A stretch of DNA of 64,000 nucleotides, from NCBI RefSeq assembly GCF_036321535.1, contig NC_087451.1, positions 33,232,001 through 33,296,000 of the forward strand, written 5' to 3'. Both the position numbers and the translations under genes were made by a program. Below, one piece after another: positions 12,366 to 24,081 of the stretch. Source of the DNA: Camelus dromedarius. Lineage: Eukaryota. How positions within the stretch are numbered: the stretch's first letter is position 1; each line of letters starts with the position of its first letter. Below the pieces are notes generated by a model, which saw nothing but the letters and a program-made list of their open reading frames with translations, had not been told where the DNA came from and did no database searches.

Positions 12366-12624
12366 TGATTTTTACTGCTTGTTAAGTGACCTGGAGTGTA
12401 TGTGAAATGATGAGGGGAGTGGGTTTTTTGCTGCATTTGTAATTTACTGTATAACAGTACGATTGGCGGGGTGCTAACTCTGTAATGAGAATTTCCCAGG
12501 TCACCTCTCTCAGTCCTTGCAGGGGGAGGTCAGCACCACTTCTGTTGCTCCATTCTACAGACGGGTACCCAGAGACTCACTGGATCAGTAACTTGAGTCC
12601 AGTTCTGTTTGTCTCCACAGCCAA

Positions 12625-12915
12625 GGCCATCCTCTATAGCAGTGGGGCCCAGGCTTGCTGTGTGATGAAACCACCTGATGCCGAAGGCCAATAAATCAGA
12701 AGCTCTGGGACTGGAACCAGGCATCGGTTTTGCTAAAGCACCCAGGTGATCCAACCTGGGTCGTGTTTGAGGATCACTGCCCTCCAGCCTTGCTATTCAA
12801 GTGTGGGCTGGGACCTCGGCATCACCTGGGAACTTGTTAAAAATGCTAGGTCTAGGCCCCATACCAGGTCTGATGAATCATAATCTGCATTTAACAAGCT
12901 CTCCAGGTGACTGTT
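12625..12915. mobile_element. Two adjacent MER5-family hAT MITEs
   Basis: cccaggtgatcc...tttgaggatcactg followed by ggcatcacctgggaacttgttaaaatgc...tttaacaagctctccaggtgac. Confidence 0.7.
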
Positions 12916-13954
12916 AAGTATCTTACCCCATGTGTACTGAAATCCTCTGAAGGGAATTGAAATCCCCTATAGAGGTACAGCCTTGCCTGCTCTATCAGCC
13001 CTGCTGTGCAAAAGCTGGGGGGTCACAAGTCCCCAGGATGGGAAAGAAGGTGACCCCTCTCTCCCAAGTCAATCGTTAACCTGCTCCAATTTAACCTCAC
13101 AGAGGAAGGGGCTGGAGAAAAAGGGGTGGGAAGGGGAGAAGGGGCCCTCCAGACCCAGCATGCAAATCACATGCAAATCAGCATCCTGGAGACTTTTGGG
13201 ATCAGGGCTGCGGGGAGTCTTGCAACCCTGTAGGTGAGGTTAAGAACTGGTGATAAGGATTGGGGGTCTGCCAACGCTCGAGAATCTCCTCCTCCAGGCC
13301 ATCAGCTCCCACCAGCCCAGGCCTGGCTCACAAAGCATCTCCAGGCCCCTTGCAGATGAAAGGTGGTCAGAGTAACGCCTGGAGGGGGCTCGCTGTACCG
13401 GGCTCCTCTTGGCCAAAGCCCCCATTCCCTGCTCCACCAGCAGCTGGGGCTGGACCGTGGGGCTCTCAGCAACTCGGGCATTAGTGTTCCATTTGTCAAA
13501 ACTGTAGCACGATGTCAAGGCCTTCATGGATGAGTGGTCCCTTCAGATTGGTGCGGCTGTGCTGTTAATAGGCGACATCTGTTTTCTGGGCTGATGGGAG
13601 GAAGGGCAGGGACGAAGGAGAGGCGGAGGAACAGCCCACCTTGTTCAGCTCAGTTAGGGGTCCCAGGCCACTGGGTGCCACTCCTGAGCCACGGGGAGCT
13701 GCCCAGGCCAGAGATCTGGGTTCCTAGCCCTCAAGAGCCCCCAGGGAGACTCTGTGGCAGATTCTGTCTAGACTCTGCTATCAGCTGGCTGAGCCCATCT
13801 GGACCTCTTAGGTGTCTGTCATCTCTACAGTAAACGTCACACATGCGAGATCTCATCAGTCTGTGAGACACCTTTCCCGGACAGTTTCCTCCTCCCCTTC
13901 AGATTCCTCCTCGTACTGTTTCTATCCCCCAAATGGGTTCCAAAAGCAATGGAG

Positions 13955-14190
13955 GAAGCAGAACATTGAAACAGACACTCAGAGGTCAGAGTTCAAGACC
14001 AGGGCCTCTATCACTTACAAGTCACGTGGCCTTGGGCAAGTCATGGACCTTGTCTGAGCATACTGGTAACTTCATCTTCCCAAAAATGGGAATAGTGAGG
14101 CTGGATTTGCTGAGCTGTGGTGCAAATAAAATGATATATGAGAGCTCGTATCACAGGGGTGGGCACATTGTTGGTTCTCAACGGTGAATC
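13955..14190 (+). mobile_element. MIR SINE
   Basis: gtggccttgggcaagtca...aaaatgggaatag core. Confidence 0.75.
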
Positions 14191-14234
14191 TATTTATAGA
14201 TTTATGCAAATAAGGTCTGAGATGTTAGTGTCAT

Positions 14235-14412
14235 CCATCGTCCTCAACCTGTGTCCCCAGGGTAGCAGCACCAACAGGGAGCTTGTTAGAAACACACATC
14301 CTCAGGCCCTGCCTGGGACCTATAGAGTCAGAAACACTGGGCGGGGCCCTGCCATCTGTTGTAACAAGCCCTCTAGGTGATTTGGCTGCACACGCCACCG
14401 TGAGAACCACAG
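14235..14412 (+). mobile_element. MER5A hAT-Charlie MITE
   Basis: gggagcttgttagaaac...gtcagaaacactggg...aacaagccctctaggtgatt...tgagaaccac. Confidence 0.85.
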
Positions 14413-14498
14413 GTGAGACCAGTAAATGCTACATCTAATTAGCCGTAAATCGCTGTGGGCTACCTTCTAAGTTGCATTGATTTGGAGGAGGAATAATA

Positions 14499-14988
14499 TG
14501 CATTAAAGTTCTCCAGAGTAACGGAACCAATGGGAGAAACAGGTAGATAGGTAGATAGATGATACAGAATTGGCTCACGTGTTGTGGAGGCAGGTTATGG
14601 GACGTTCCATGACCTGCTGTCTGTAAGCCGGAGACCCAGGGATGCCTGTGGTGTAGGTTAAGGCCTGAAAGCCTGAGAGCTGATGGTGAAGATTCCAGTC
14701 CCCGTCTGAAGCGCTGAGGACCAGAGGTGCCGAGGGCAGGGGATGGATGTCTCAGTTCTCAGTCAGGCAGAGAGTGGATCCAACCCCTCTGCCTTTTGGT
14801 TCTATTCAGGCCCTCGAGGGATTGGAGGGTGCCCGCCCACCCTGGCCAGGGCCATCTGCTCTGCTCAGTTCACCAATTCAAATGCTAATCTCTTCCAGAA
14901 ACATTCGCAGACACACCCAGGGATAGTGTTTAGCCAGCAATCTGGGCATCCTGTGGTCCAGTCTAGTTGACACAGATTACCCACCACA
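14499..14988 (-). mobile_element. ERVL LTR MLT2 (B/D-like), copy 1
   Basis: tgcattaaagttctccagag...aatgctaatctcttccagaaaca...gttgacacagattacccaccaca. Confidence 0.9.
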
Positions 14989-15029
14989 CAAAACAAAAGT
15001 TGCGAGAAGAGCAGCTCCACGTGGGTGAG

Positions 15030-15170
15030 GCGCTCTTCCATCAACCCGCTGAATCCTCACTGCCACCCTGAGCGCTCGGCAGGGGGTATTATCCCCACTG
15101 TATGGAGGGGGGGGACCAAGGCTCACGGAGGCAAGTTGGTGAGATCTGAACCCAAGCCTTCCAGCCCCAG
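15030..15170 (-). mobile_element. MIR SINE
   Basis: tgaatcctcactgccaccctg...tattatccccactgtatggag...accaaggctca. Confidence 0.6.
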
Positions 15171-15639
15171 AGGCTGTGGGCGGTGCTTCCTCATGATGCA
15201 GTGGGAGATGTGGAGGCCTGGCAGCTGGGGTTATGGTGTGGGAGCAGGAAGGAACAGGGTGTGTTTGGGGAAGCCAGGCCACACAGCCACTTTGTGATGG
15301 AGCTGGATCTAGAGCCATATCTTCTGATTCCTAACCTAGAACTTCACTCCTGTACCAACTGTCTGCTTATTCTGGGGAGCCCAGATGTTTCAGCCACACG
15401 TCGGTTACAGAAGTGCCCAGGGCTTGCTTTGCTGGTGCAGTGGTTTCCACCCTGCCAGCAGGCAGCCAGGACCCGTGGGATCAGAGGGGCCAAAGATCAG
15501 GACCAGGCAGAGGAGGAGGAGCACACACAGCAGACTGAGGAGAGGACAGACAGGGGGGCCCTACCTATGCAAGCCTGCTTTTGGAAATTACCTAAGCTCA
15601 CAAGCTCTCCTGTATTATACTCATAGCCCCCTGAATGTC

Positions 15640-15990
15640 TTGTAATGTGTTTATCACAAATGAAAATCAAAAATGGATTATGTTTTTATTTGTCCAAGTT
15701 CTGTATTGCCTGCTGGGCTATAAGCTTCATGAGGGCAAGGACCACATCTGTCGTGACACATGGAATGCCTGACAAAGGATGGTGCCTGGTATGTGGCAGA
15801 CTACAGTTGCTGAGGGAATTAATGGATAAACATTAGGATGCCTACCCCTCGCTCCCCGCTGTAATTATTTTCACGTCTGTTTTCCTTCTAGACTGAGACC
15901 CCCATGACCACACAGACTGTCTCATCCGGCTCTGTGCACAAAGTCCCCAGAACAGTGGCTGGCTTTCTATGTGCTCGTTGAGTTGAACCC
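15640..15990 (+). mobile_element. L2 3'-end fragments
   Basis: ctataagcttcatgagggcaaggac; ctagactgagacccccatgacc. Confidence 0.6.
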
Positions 15991-17049
15991 AAATTCTGAA
16001 GTTCAGTGGGTCCTGTCACTAATAAGATCACTGTTCCTGCTCAGGGAAGAAGAAAATGTGAATCAGGAGTCTCCAAAATGCTGGCTGGACTCTCTCAAGT
16101 TTCCTTTAACACGGCCTTCCTGCAGATGATAACTCCCTGAGGGCAGGACCCCGCATCCCATTTCCTGGGTACCACGACCGAGCGTGGGGAGAACTCAGCC
16201 CTCCCTGGCAGCTTAATCCACACGGTGGAGAGACTGAGGCTTCGAGGTAAGTCACTGCTGAGAAAGGGCTCCACTTAACCCTCTTTTTTGCAAACCTAAG
16301 TCTGTGAGTCAACCCTCAATTAACCTCTTCTCCCAGATTCCGCTCAATGCAAAAGGTTTTATTCCAAAGGCAGAAAAGCTATTTTCGGATTACCTTGATT
16401 ATGGTATTGACACCAAATCAGAACAGGTCAGGCTGCAGGGGAGGGCTGTCCTTGGGCATGCCCCTCCCCAGCTTCCTGAGCCCTCTCTCTCCCTGTTCGA
16501 CTCGGGCAACTGCAAGAAGGCATCAATATTTTGCTTTAAAATTCTATTAAAATAACTCCCCCCACTTCCTTCTCTTCTCTTGGCTCCCAACAATTCCGGT
16601 CCAAGCCACACACCATCTTTGGTAGACTAAATGGTACATTCTCATACAAAGGCACAGACAGCAAGCCTAGTGAGGTCTATTTTTGGTAAATTATTAAGCT
16701 CATACACCAACCTTATTTTTATCCCAAACTTATTTTTTCATGAACTAATAGGCCAAGGCACCTGCTAGGAAATGGCTGGGGGTGGGAGGGACATGAAGAT
16801 CCAGGTAAGGTGATGCAGGCAGCTCATTGCAGGTCATGATGCTGAGGACGCATCCAAGGAGGACGCATCACGGAGAAATTGATTTGCTTCAGTCGGTGCT
16901 CTCTTTATATTAATGAAGTAGCAACTCCAATGTTCTCTGAAACGTTCCAGATACATGTTCATTGACAGGGGACTGGGAGAGCCACCATTTCTCATCCAAG
17001 TAGTTAAGGTATTAATGGGCAGTGATGAGGAGGGTGAGAAGGGGAATTG

Positions 17050-17760
17050 ACGAGGGTGAATAAATAAATGATGACATATCCATGAAGGAATATTATGCAC
17101 CCATTAAAAATACATATGCAAAGAATATTTAATGACATGGAAGATGCTCCCAATATAATATGAAGTTGAAGAAATTAGAACTTATAACTGTATATTCAGT
17201 ATAAGGCACATAATATATGTTGAAAGAGGACTAGAAAGAAATACACCAAAAGTTTCCTTTTTTTAATTTTAATTTTTTAAATTGAAATAGAGTTAGTTTA
17301 CAATGTTGTGTCAATTTCTTCTTTATAGGTGTCTGGATTTTCTATCTTCCCTGAAGTTTTTCTTTATCCCATCTAATTTAAAATTGTTCTTTATTTTAAA
17401 ACTTTTAAAAAGTACAACATAAGACATTCTCTGGGTAGAAATAAATTCAGATTTTATAGAAATGAAAGCTGTTTCCTGCTATAACTATTGTTAATCATTG
17501 TTACATCATCTCTAGAGCTTTACATATAATGTAAATATATAATATCTATACACCTGTGCATATCTGTCTATACACGTTGTACATGGATACACACATATGT
17601 GCAGATATTTCATATATCATAACATATATAGATACGTGTAATATATACATACACATTTTAACATTAAAAGGAAAATGATGAGATAAAATCATACACCTAC
17701 ATGTTATTATTCAGATTATTTTATGAGCACATCAGGCAGTTTTTCATATTAAAAATTTTC
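17050..17760. mobile_element. L1ME fragments with a short camelid L1 3' stub (about 17257-17318, minus)
   Basis: catatccatgaaggaatattatgcacccattaaaaat; stub ttttaaattgaaatagagttagtttacaatgttgtgtcaatttct; AT-rich (TA)-like tract. Confidence 0.65.
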
Positions 17761-17809
17761 TTTTTTTTTTCTGAAAACACAAGCACTTTATGTTCAGCAT
17801 AGAACACTC

Positions 17810-17990
17810 TGACCCCTGTGAGGATGCAGAGAGAAATCTGGGACCCAGAAGAGGGCCTTCACTGGACCACGCAGGCCCCAAGCTCAGACTTCCGGCCCCG
17901 AGCTCAGACTTCCAGCCCCTGGACCCATGAGCAGCTAATGGCTGGTGCTTCTAAGCTGCCTGGCCTGGGTGTTGCGTTGGAACCCAGGCC
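17810..17990 (+). mobile_element. MLT1 3' fragment with 20-bp tandem duplication (17874-17913)
   Basis: agctcagacttccagcccctggacccatgag...ttctaagctgcctggcct; unit ggcccc(a/g)agctcagacttcc x2. Confidence 0.55.
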
Positions 17991-19011
17991 ATCAAGCCGG
18001 GTCATTTGATGACTATTACGGAGCAGGCAAAGCGCACAAGGTCCACAGCGGTGAGGCGTCAGGCGAGGCACTTTCTCTGACGGTGCTTACAACGTTAGTC
18101 GATGGAAGGGATCTTTTTGGACGATCTGAGTCAAGGTGTTGGTGTCCAGAATGTGAAACTTGAATAGCAACCACCTCCGACTTAGGTGTCTTAACAGGAT
18201 GTGATGCAAGTTCCCTGGACCAGCCTTCCCAGCTTCCCCCCTTTCAGCGTAATTCTATTCTTCCTCAAGACGAGGGGTTTGGGTGAAGGGTGGGGAAGCA
18301 ATTTCCCACCTGTTGGCCGGATCCTGCCAATAATCTCTTATTCCATGATTACAACTCTCCCCACTCTCTGTTTCTACTTGTGAGTTCCGCGTGGGGTTGG
18401 GGGAGGTCTGGGCAACTTGAAAGCTTTCTGTTGCTCAATCTGTGAACAAGTGTCTCCCTATGGCTTACTTTGTGCCAGGCCTGTGCTAAGCACTGTCACA
18501 TAACAGGCTCTCAATAAATATTTGTGGACCTTCAGGGATGTAAAGCTTATGAGCCTACCCGGGCAGAAAGCCAGCTTCTATCTCCAAGTATTTCTAGACA
18601 TCTTCCCTTGAAGCGAGGTCCTGGGAGAGAGGGCAGTGGGGCATGGACCGAGGCACCCAGGACAGGGAGGGATGGGACCCTGGGTTCTCGGCACTGTGTC
18701 CCCACACACTGGGCGCTGGTCAGGCTTGCTGGGGCAGTGATGTCCCTCCCTCCCTCCAGGAGAAGCACTCCAGCCAAGGGCCTTGGTAAATATCACCTCC
18801 CAAGTCCAGCCTTCACCCCTAAGCCTGACTCCTTCTTTCCAACACTTTCCAACACTGGCTGCTAAAATGAACTTGATCTGCATTTCTGACCAGCCTGTCA
18901 CATGGGTCCCAAGTCTCATGCTTTAGAGCTGATGGATCACATCTTCCCAGACAGGTGCCCACACGGGGGCGGACCCACATACATGCAGTCACACTCACTT
19001 ATAAATATCTA

Positions 19012-19447
19012 NNNNNNNNNNNNNNNNNNNNNNNNNNNNNNNNNNNNNNNNNNNNNNNNNNNNNNNNNNNNNNNNNNNNNNNNNNNNNNNNNNNNNNNNN
19101 NNNNNNNNNNNNNNNNNNNNNNNNNNNNNNNNNNNNNNNNNNNNNNNNNNNNNNNNNNNNNNNNNNNNNNNNNNNNNNNNNNNNNNNNNNNNNNNNNNNN
19201 NNNNNNNNNNNNNNNAGATTAATGGGGCTGCCTAGATCAAAAAAACGCTGGGAAAATGAAAGCGAGATAGAGAGAGACGCCCCTTCCTCCTCCTCGCTCC
19301 CCCAAGGNNNNNNNNNNNNNNNNNNNNNNNNNNNNNNNNNNNNNNNNNNNNNNNNNNNNNNNNNNNNNNNNNNNNNNNNNNNNNNNNNNNNNNNNNNNNN
19401 NNNNNNNNNNNNNNNNNNNNNNNNNNNNNNNNNNNNNNNNNNNNNNN
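19012..19447. other. Two assembly gaps (19012-19215, 19308-19447) around a 92-bp island
   Basis: Runs of N. Confidence 1.
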
Positions 19448-19966
19448 GGAGTTTTGCCTTTCTTCTCTCCCTTCTCCTCCCCTTTCCCACCTCTCCTGGT
19501 TCCCAGCATCAGGCAGTGTGGGGCCCTGGCACTGCTTCCTGAGGAGCTCAGCCCTCGCCGTGACCTCTCTCCACCTTGACTCATGGAAGGTGGAGGTTGT
19601 TGGAGGTACAAGAGGCTGAGCACATCACTGGTCTCTTGTCTGCTGTCTGCGGGGTATCAGATTCAGGAGTGGTCAGGGCGAGGCCCGGGCGTGGCAGGTA
19701 TCAGGGGCTTGGGGCATACGTGCAGCCAAGTGTGGATGTGGTAAAGGGCTGCGGGGTGGGAGCTGTACAGCAACTCTCGTGGAGAAAAGAGGGGTTCAAA
19801 CTGGTCATCCTCAGAGCCACAAATGAATGGGCTGGGAGACACTTTGCAAGGCTGTCTCATCCTTGTGGACGTGAGCCTTAAACTACTTTAAACCCCCATG
19901 GCAAGTGGGTCTCCCGGGCCCATCAAGGTACCCATTCCCCTGCTTTCCTCTGTGTGCGCCCCCATC

Positions 19967-20060
19967 TAGGGAGGACCAAACATCTCAGTTTGCCTGGGAC
20001 TGAGGCTTTCAGTTCTAAAATTCGAAAAAGTCCCAGGCAAACTGGGAGGAGTTAATCTGT
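19967..20060. mobile_element. MER81-like hAT-Blackjack MITE
   Basis: tagggaggacca start; perfect 16-bp inverted repeat cagtttgcctgggact / agtcccaggcaaactg. Confidence 0.75.
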
Positions 20061-20169
20061 TCTGCCTCCTTTGCCAGAAAGTTTTGGTCTGTCTGCTTTA
20101 AGAGCTAATTGCTCAGGCCAGCTTTTCGGTTTCTCTGTCTTAAACTACTTCCCTTGCAGGGTTTGTGTC

Positions 20170-20375
20170 TAGGATCTGTCACTTACTAACTGTGGACACC
20201 GGCAACTTCCGTAGCTTTTTCCAGCCTCAGTTTCCCCACAGGAAAAATGGGGATGGGAATATTTACTTCATAGCTTCATTGTACCAGTCTGAGAGAGAAC
20301 ACCTGTGCTGAACGGGCGCCTGGCGCAGCGTGAGCACGCGGCGAGGTCATCACCATCTTCATCATCACAGTCGTC
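20170..20375 (+). mobile_element. MIR SINE
   Basis: gcctcagtttccccacaggaaaaatggggat core and catcatc tail. Confidence 0.75.
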
Positions 20376-20707
20376 ATCTGAACACATCTCCTCGGGTACA
20401 GCCAGGAAGAAGTGGTGCAAAGCCCTCCTGGAAGGTGGAGAAATGACGTCCTGGCCTCGCCAACTCAACCAAACGCAGTGACTCCACCCTGCAATTTGAG
20501 CGCGGGGCTGAAGCCCAGATGTAACTCTTTAAAGGTGCCGCTAATGTGGGCAGCTGGGGAGCAGATGACGGGTTTTCTGCTTGGCGGGGGGGTGGGGGGG
20601 CCTTGCATAGTTTGGACCCCGTGGGGCCGCACCCTGGCAGCCCAGGAAAATGACTGCTTCCTCTCCTTGAAGATTTGCAAAGGCAGAGGAAAGAGGGGGG
20701 TTGGGAT

Positions 20708-20723
20708 GGTTGCCCTGGCAACC
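20708..20723. promoter_or_regulatory. RFX X-box motif
   Basis: GGTTGCCCTGGCAACC fits GTNRCC(N0-3)RGYAAC, near-palindromic. Confidence 0.5.
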
Positions 20724-21313
20724 GCTCACGCCCCTCCCCACACTTAGGCCTGCTCAGCCCAGAACAGGGCTGGAGAGAAACAGGGAGAGGGGTAGGCTCT
20801 GGGGGGTCTGGAATGGCATGTTGCAAGTTTCTGAGAAGTGTGACAACAGTAAGGCTGCCAAGAACCAGAGCGCCCCTCCCCAGCCCCTACTCATCACCAT
20901 CGCTGTCCCTGGATGCTGTCCCGAAAATTCCAGAGTGACGACTGGAGGGAAGTTCTTTCTGCTTGTTCCACCTCCATCCTTTCAAAGGAGAAAGGGTGCC
21001 TTTGGTGCAAGAAGTCAAAGGCTCAGCCCAGCTGCTGGCCCCTGCCCATCTGGTGCTTTTACTGGGTTGCACAGCCACAGCAATGTTGCATCTTGCTCGG
21101 GTCCTAAGATGGACCCCCTGCAGTCCCTGGGATGCACGAGAAAACAGACATGGACGGGGGACAGGGCTGGGTTCAGAGGAGTTGAAAGCCTCTTGCTTGG
21201 GCCCACACAAACCATTTCTATGCTCTTGGGGGAACAGAAAGGAAAAACAGAAGCTGTAATGAGGTAGGGGATCCAGGCGGTTAAAAAAGCAACCTGTGGC
21301 TAGGGCTTTTGCT

Positions 21314-21333
21314 TTCCAAGAACATTCTAGAAG
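21314..21333. promoter_or_regulatory. Overlapping STAT GAS site and three-unit heat shock element
   Basis: TTCCAAGAA (21314-21322) overlaps aGAAcaTTCtaGAAg (21319-21333). Confidence 0.4.
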
Positions 21334-22737
21334 TGGGGCTCCCATCTGCTGGGTTTTTCAAAGCCGGAGGGTGGACCACGTGATCGCAGGCTGCTCCTGC
21401 GGAGCTGAGACCCTGCCCTTTTGTCCCTGGAAACAGCCAGTCTGTGTGTGCTCCCCTCTTCCCTCATTAACCTTTATCCCTGTGTTTCCTGCCTTCCTGC
21501 CGAGGTTTAATCCTATTTCCTGCATTCCAGGTATTTAGGCTGACAACCCGGAGAGCCACTCAGCTGTGCCTTTCCCAGGCCCCGTCTCAGCTGGGGGAGC
21601 TCAGAGAATGGCCTCCTGCAGCTGCTGCCCCAGGTGGTGTCTCCAGAGCGGGTCTCCTGCCCGTTCGGTTCCTGACATCAAGATGCAACGATACAGGTTC
21701 TGCTATTGATGGGGTGGTGGTGGCCGTGGAGAGAAAAGCAAATAACGGACAGAGGGGTGCAGGGGCTGTACCTGAATTGCGTGCATGTGTGTGTGTCTGT
21801 GTGTGTGGTCTGGGAGGGGGAGGCACGGCCCACTACCCTTGTGGAATTGGAGGTGAACAAATTAATAGAGACACCCTCTTTTGTGGGCTCATGTTAGGAG
21901 CATTTGAGCATTACTGTATGGAGATCCTTTTCCTTTTCTGGCATCATGGAGGGGGTGGCATGAAGGATGGGGTACAGAAGTATTGGAGGACGGACTTCCC
22001 ATTCAGTCGATATGGTATGGTGTCTGTCCCTCCAACCAGGCCCAAGTTGTGAAGACACGGGACTGGATCACAGGGGACGTCTCAGTAGACGGCACAGCCC
22101 GGGGTCTGAGTGGCCCCTAGGTCACTATCTGGTCCCATTTTCAGTCCCTGCTGCTCCCCATTGGGGCCCATAGAATGACCACCCAGGCTCCACTGGGGGG
22201 GTTACATGGATCTGGTTTCTTGTGGAGGATTTTAAAGGGAAGGAGAGGAAAGTCAGCAAGCTCCAGGGGCACAAGGAGCAGGGTCAAAGCTCGTCTGCGT
22301 GGGGCTTGGCAACTCGGACTCCATGACCCCCTGGCATCTTCCCACAAGGCCGATAGTCAGAACCTGAGAGATGCTGGTCCTGGGGCCACAGTCAGAGCCT
22401 GCAGGACCACTGGGCGTGATGGTGGAGGCATCAGCTGGAGCAGACCCGGCAGAGTCAGGGCGAGCATCGCCGTAACCCCTTATTTATTGGACTCCTCCAG
22501 CCCCACAATTGCTGGTTCTGCTCAATATTTCAGTCTTGTTGCACCTGCTCAGGCATCAGAGCTGCAGGCATTTTTGATAAATGGATTGAAAGGTTTGTCT
22601 AGTCTTGCTGAAGCTTCTATAAGTGCCTCTGTATCTTCCACTGAAATTATATTTCCCAACTTCCTACAGCGATTTCACTCCCCTAGTGACTCCTCTCTGC
22701 CAACCTGCTAGCTCTCTCTCCTTCTCCCTCTTTCATG

Positions 22738-22762
22738 CACACACACACACACACACACACAC
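22738..22762. repeat. (CA)12 microsatellite
   Basis: Perfect run. Confidence 0.95.
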
Positions 22763-23619
22763 CCCAGTGCACGTGCACCATATGCAAAGATGCATATATC
22801 CACACACTCACCAACTCACTGCACACGTGATCACTGAGGGCACCGACATACAAGGGACCAGGAAGTGAATTTCCCCGGTGGTAAGGAAGCACCTACAGCA
22901 GCCATGCACACAGGCACACACCCTCATGCCCACAAATGCAGACACAGTGAAATCCCTGGGCTGCCCTTTCTGACCCATCTGGTCTCTAAATTGTGAATGA
23001 GCAACCCGAGGGAGGTTGCTGCCGAGACCAGAGGCTCATCCAGAGGAGGGTGGAGACGGATGGTCCGACGCCAAGGAGGGGGAGCCCAGTGATCCCTGCC
23101 CCAGTCCCCAGTGAGGCTCCCAGAAACCCTCCCACCCCACCGCTGGCCGCCCCCTCCAGCCTGCCTCCTTCCACATCCGTCTGCCCAGCCCGGGCGGCCC
23201 CACCGGGCCAGCTGGAGGCTTTATCCCAACCACATCTGAAACAGCTCAGGAGCTGCTGCGCCTGGCCGCCAGCCTTTTCCATAAATAACTTGCCAAGCCT
23301 GGCTCCTCGCCCTCCCGGTGATGTCATTGGCCGTTGGCCCAACCAGTGAGGTCACCAGGCTTCCCTTCCCTCTGCGCTCCCTCCCGGGTGGAGCACGAGA
23401 CCCTCATCACGGAGCCTGTCTGCGCTCCATCCTGCTCCAACCCAGCCAGGCAGTCGGTGTAGGTTCTCCACCATCTGGGACCGGCTGTGTGGTGGTGCCA
23501 GACGGCCGCCTTCTCCCCCCTTGTCGCCAGTTACAGCCTCCCAACTTTCCATCTCCTCTCGTCATGATGTAGATCCCAGGTGACAGGAGGCTCATGAGCT
23601 ACAGGAGACGCAAGGTCTA

Positions 23620-23790
23620 TAGTGAATGGCTGGCACCTCATAGAAATCTTTGGAACAATCTTAGGAGATAGCTACTCCGATTGTGTATTTTCTATGAGGA
23701 AACTGAGGCACAGGGAGGTTAGCATCTTGTCCAGGAGGGCAGAGTTTATAGTAGAGGAAGTTGAATTTCAACCCACGGGGTCTGGTTCCC
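23620..23790 (-). mobile_element. MIR SINE
   Basis: ttttctatgaggaaactgaggcacagggaggtta core. Confidence 0.8.
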
Positions 23791-24031
23791 CGGCTACACT
23801 CCGTCTGCCTTGCCTGATGGCCTCCATCACTGTGAGTGCAATTCCTGGTACCCCAAAAGACAGAAGGTCTAGAGAGCCAGAACCCCAGTTCACCCATCAC
23901 TGTAATCCCCATGGGATCAAGCCAGGTCCTGACACAAAGTGGATGCCCGATAAATGTGGCCTGAGATCAGCCTTGAGTTTATTGGCCTGTAAAGACCTTG
24001 CCCGACTGCACTCTGAAATGGGGCTCTAGTG

Positions 24032-24081
24032 CCCACAGCTTCCAGGACCCACCCACAGCTTCCAGGACCCACCCGCAGCCT
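24032..24081. repeat. 20-bp tandem duplication
   Basis: cccacagcttccaggaccca x2 plus a degenerate partial third copy. Confidence 0.9.

Noticed and set aside
18902-19623. ORFs containing X runs (also 822-1167 and 59752-60189)
   Set aside because: Artefacts of reading through N gaps.
20268-20468. ORF with acidic DDDCDDEDGDD segment
   Set aside because: Derived from the (GAT)-like tail of a MIR.
22175-22711. 178-aa plus-strand ORF
   Set aside because: No recognisable homology, no promoter or splice context; ends at a simple repeat.
24032-24081. Short direct repeats as a CRISPR-like array
   Set aside because: Contiguous duplication without spacers, in mammalian DNA.
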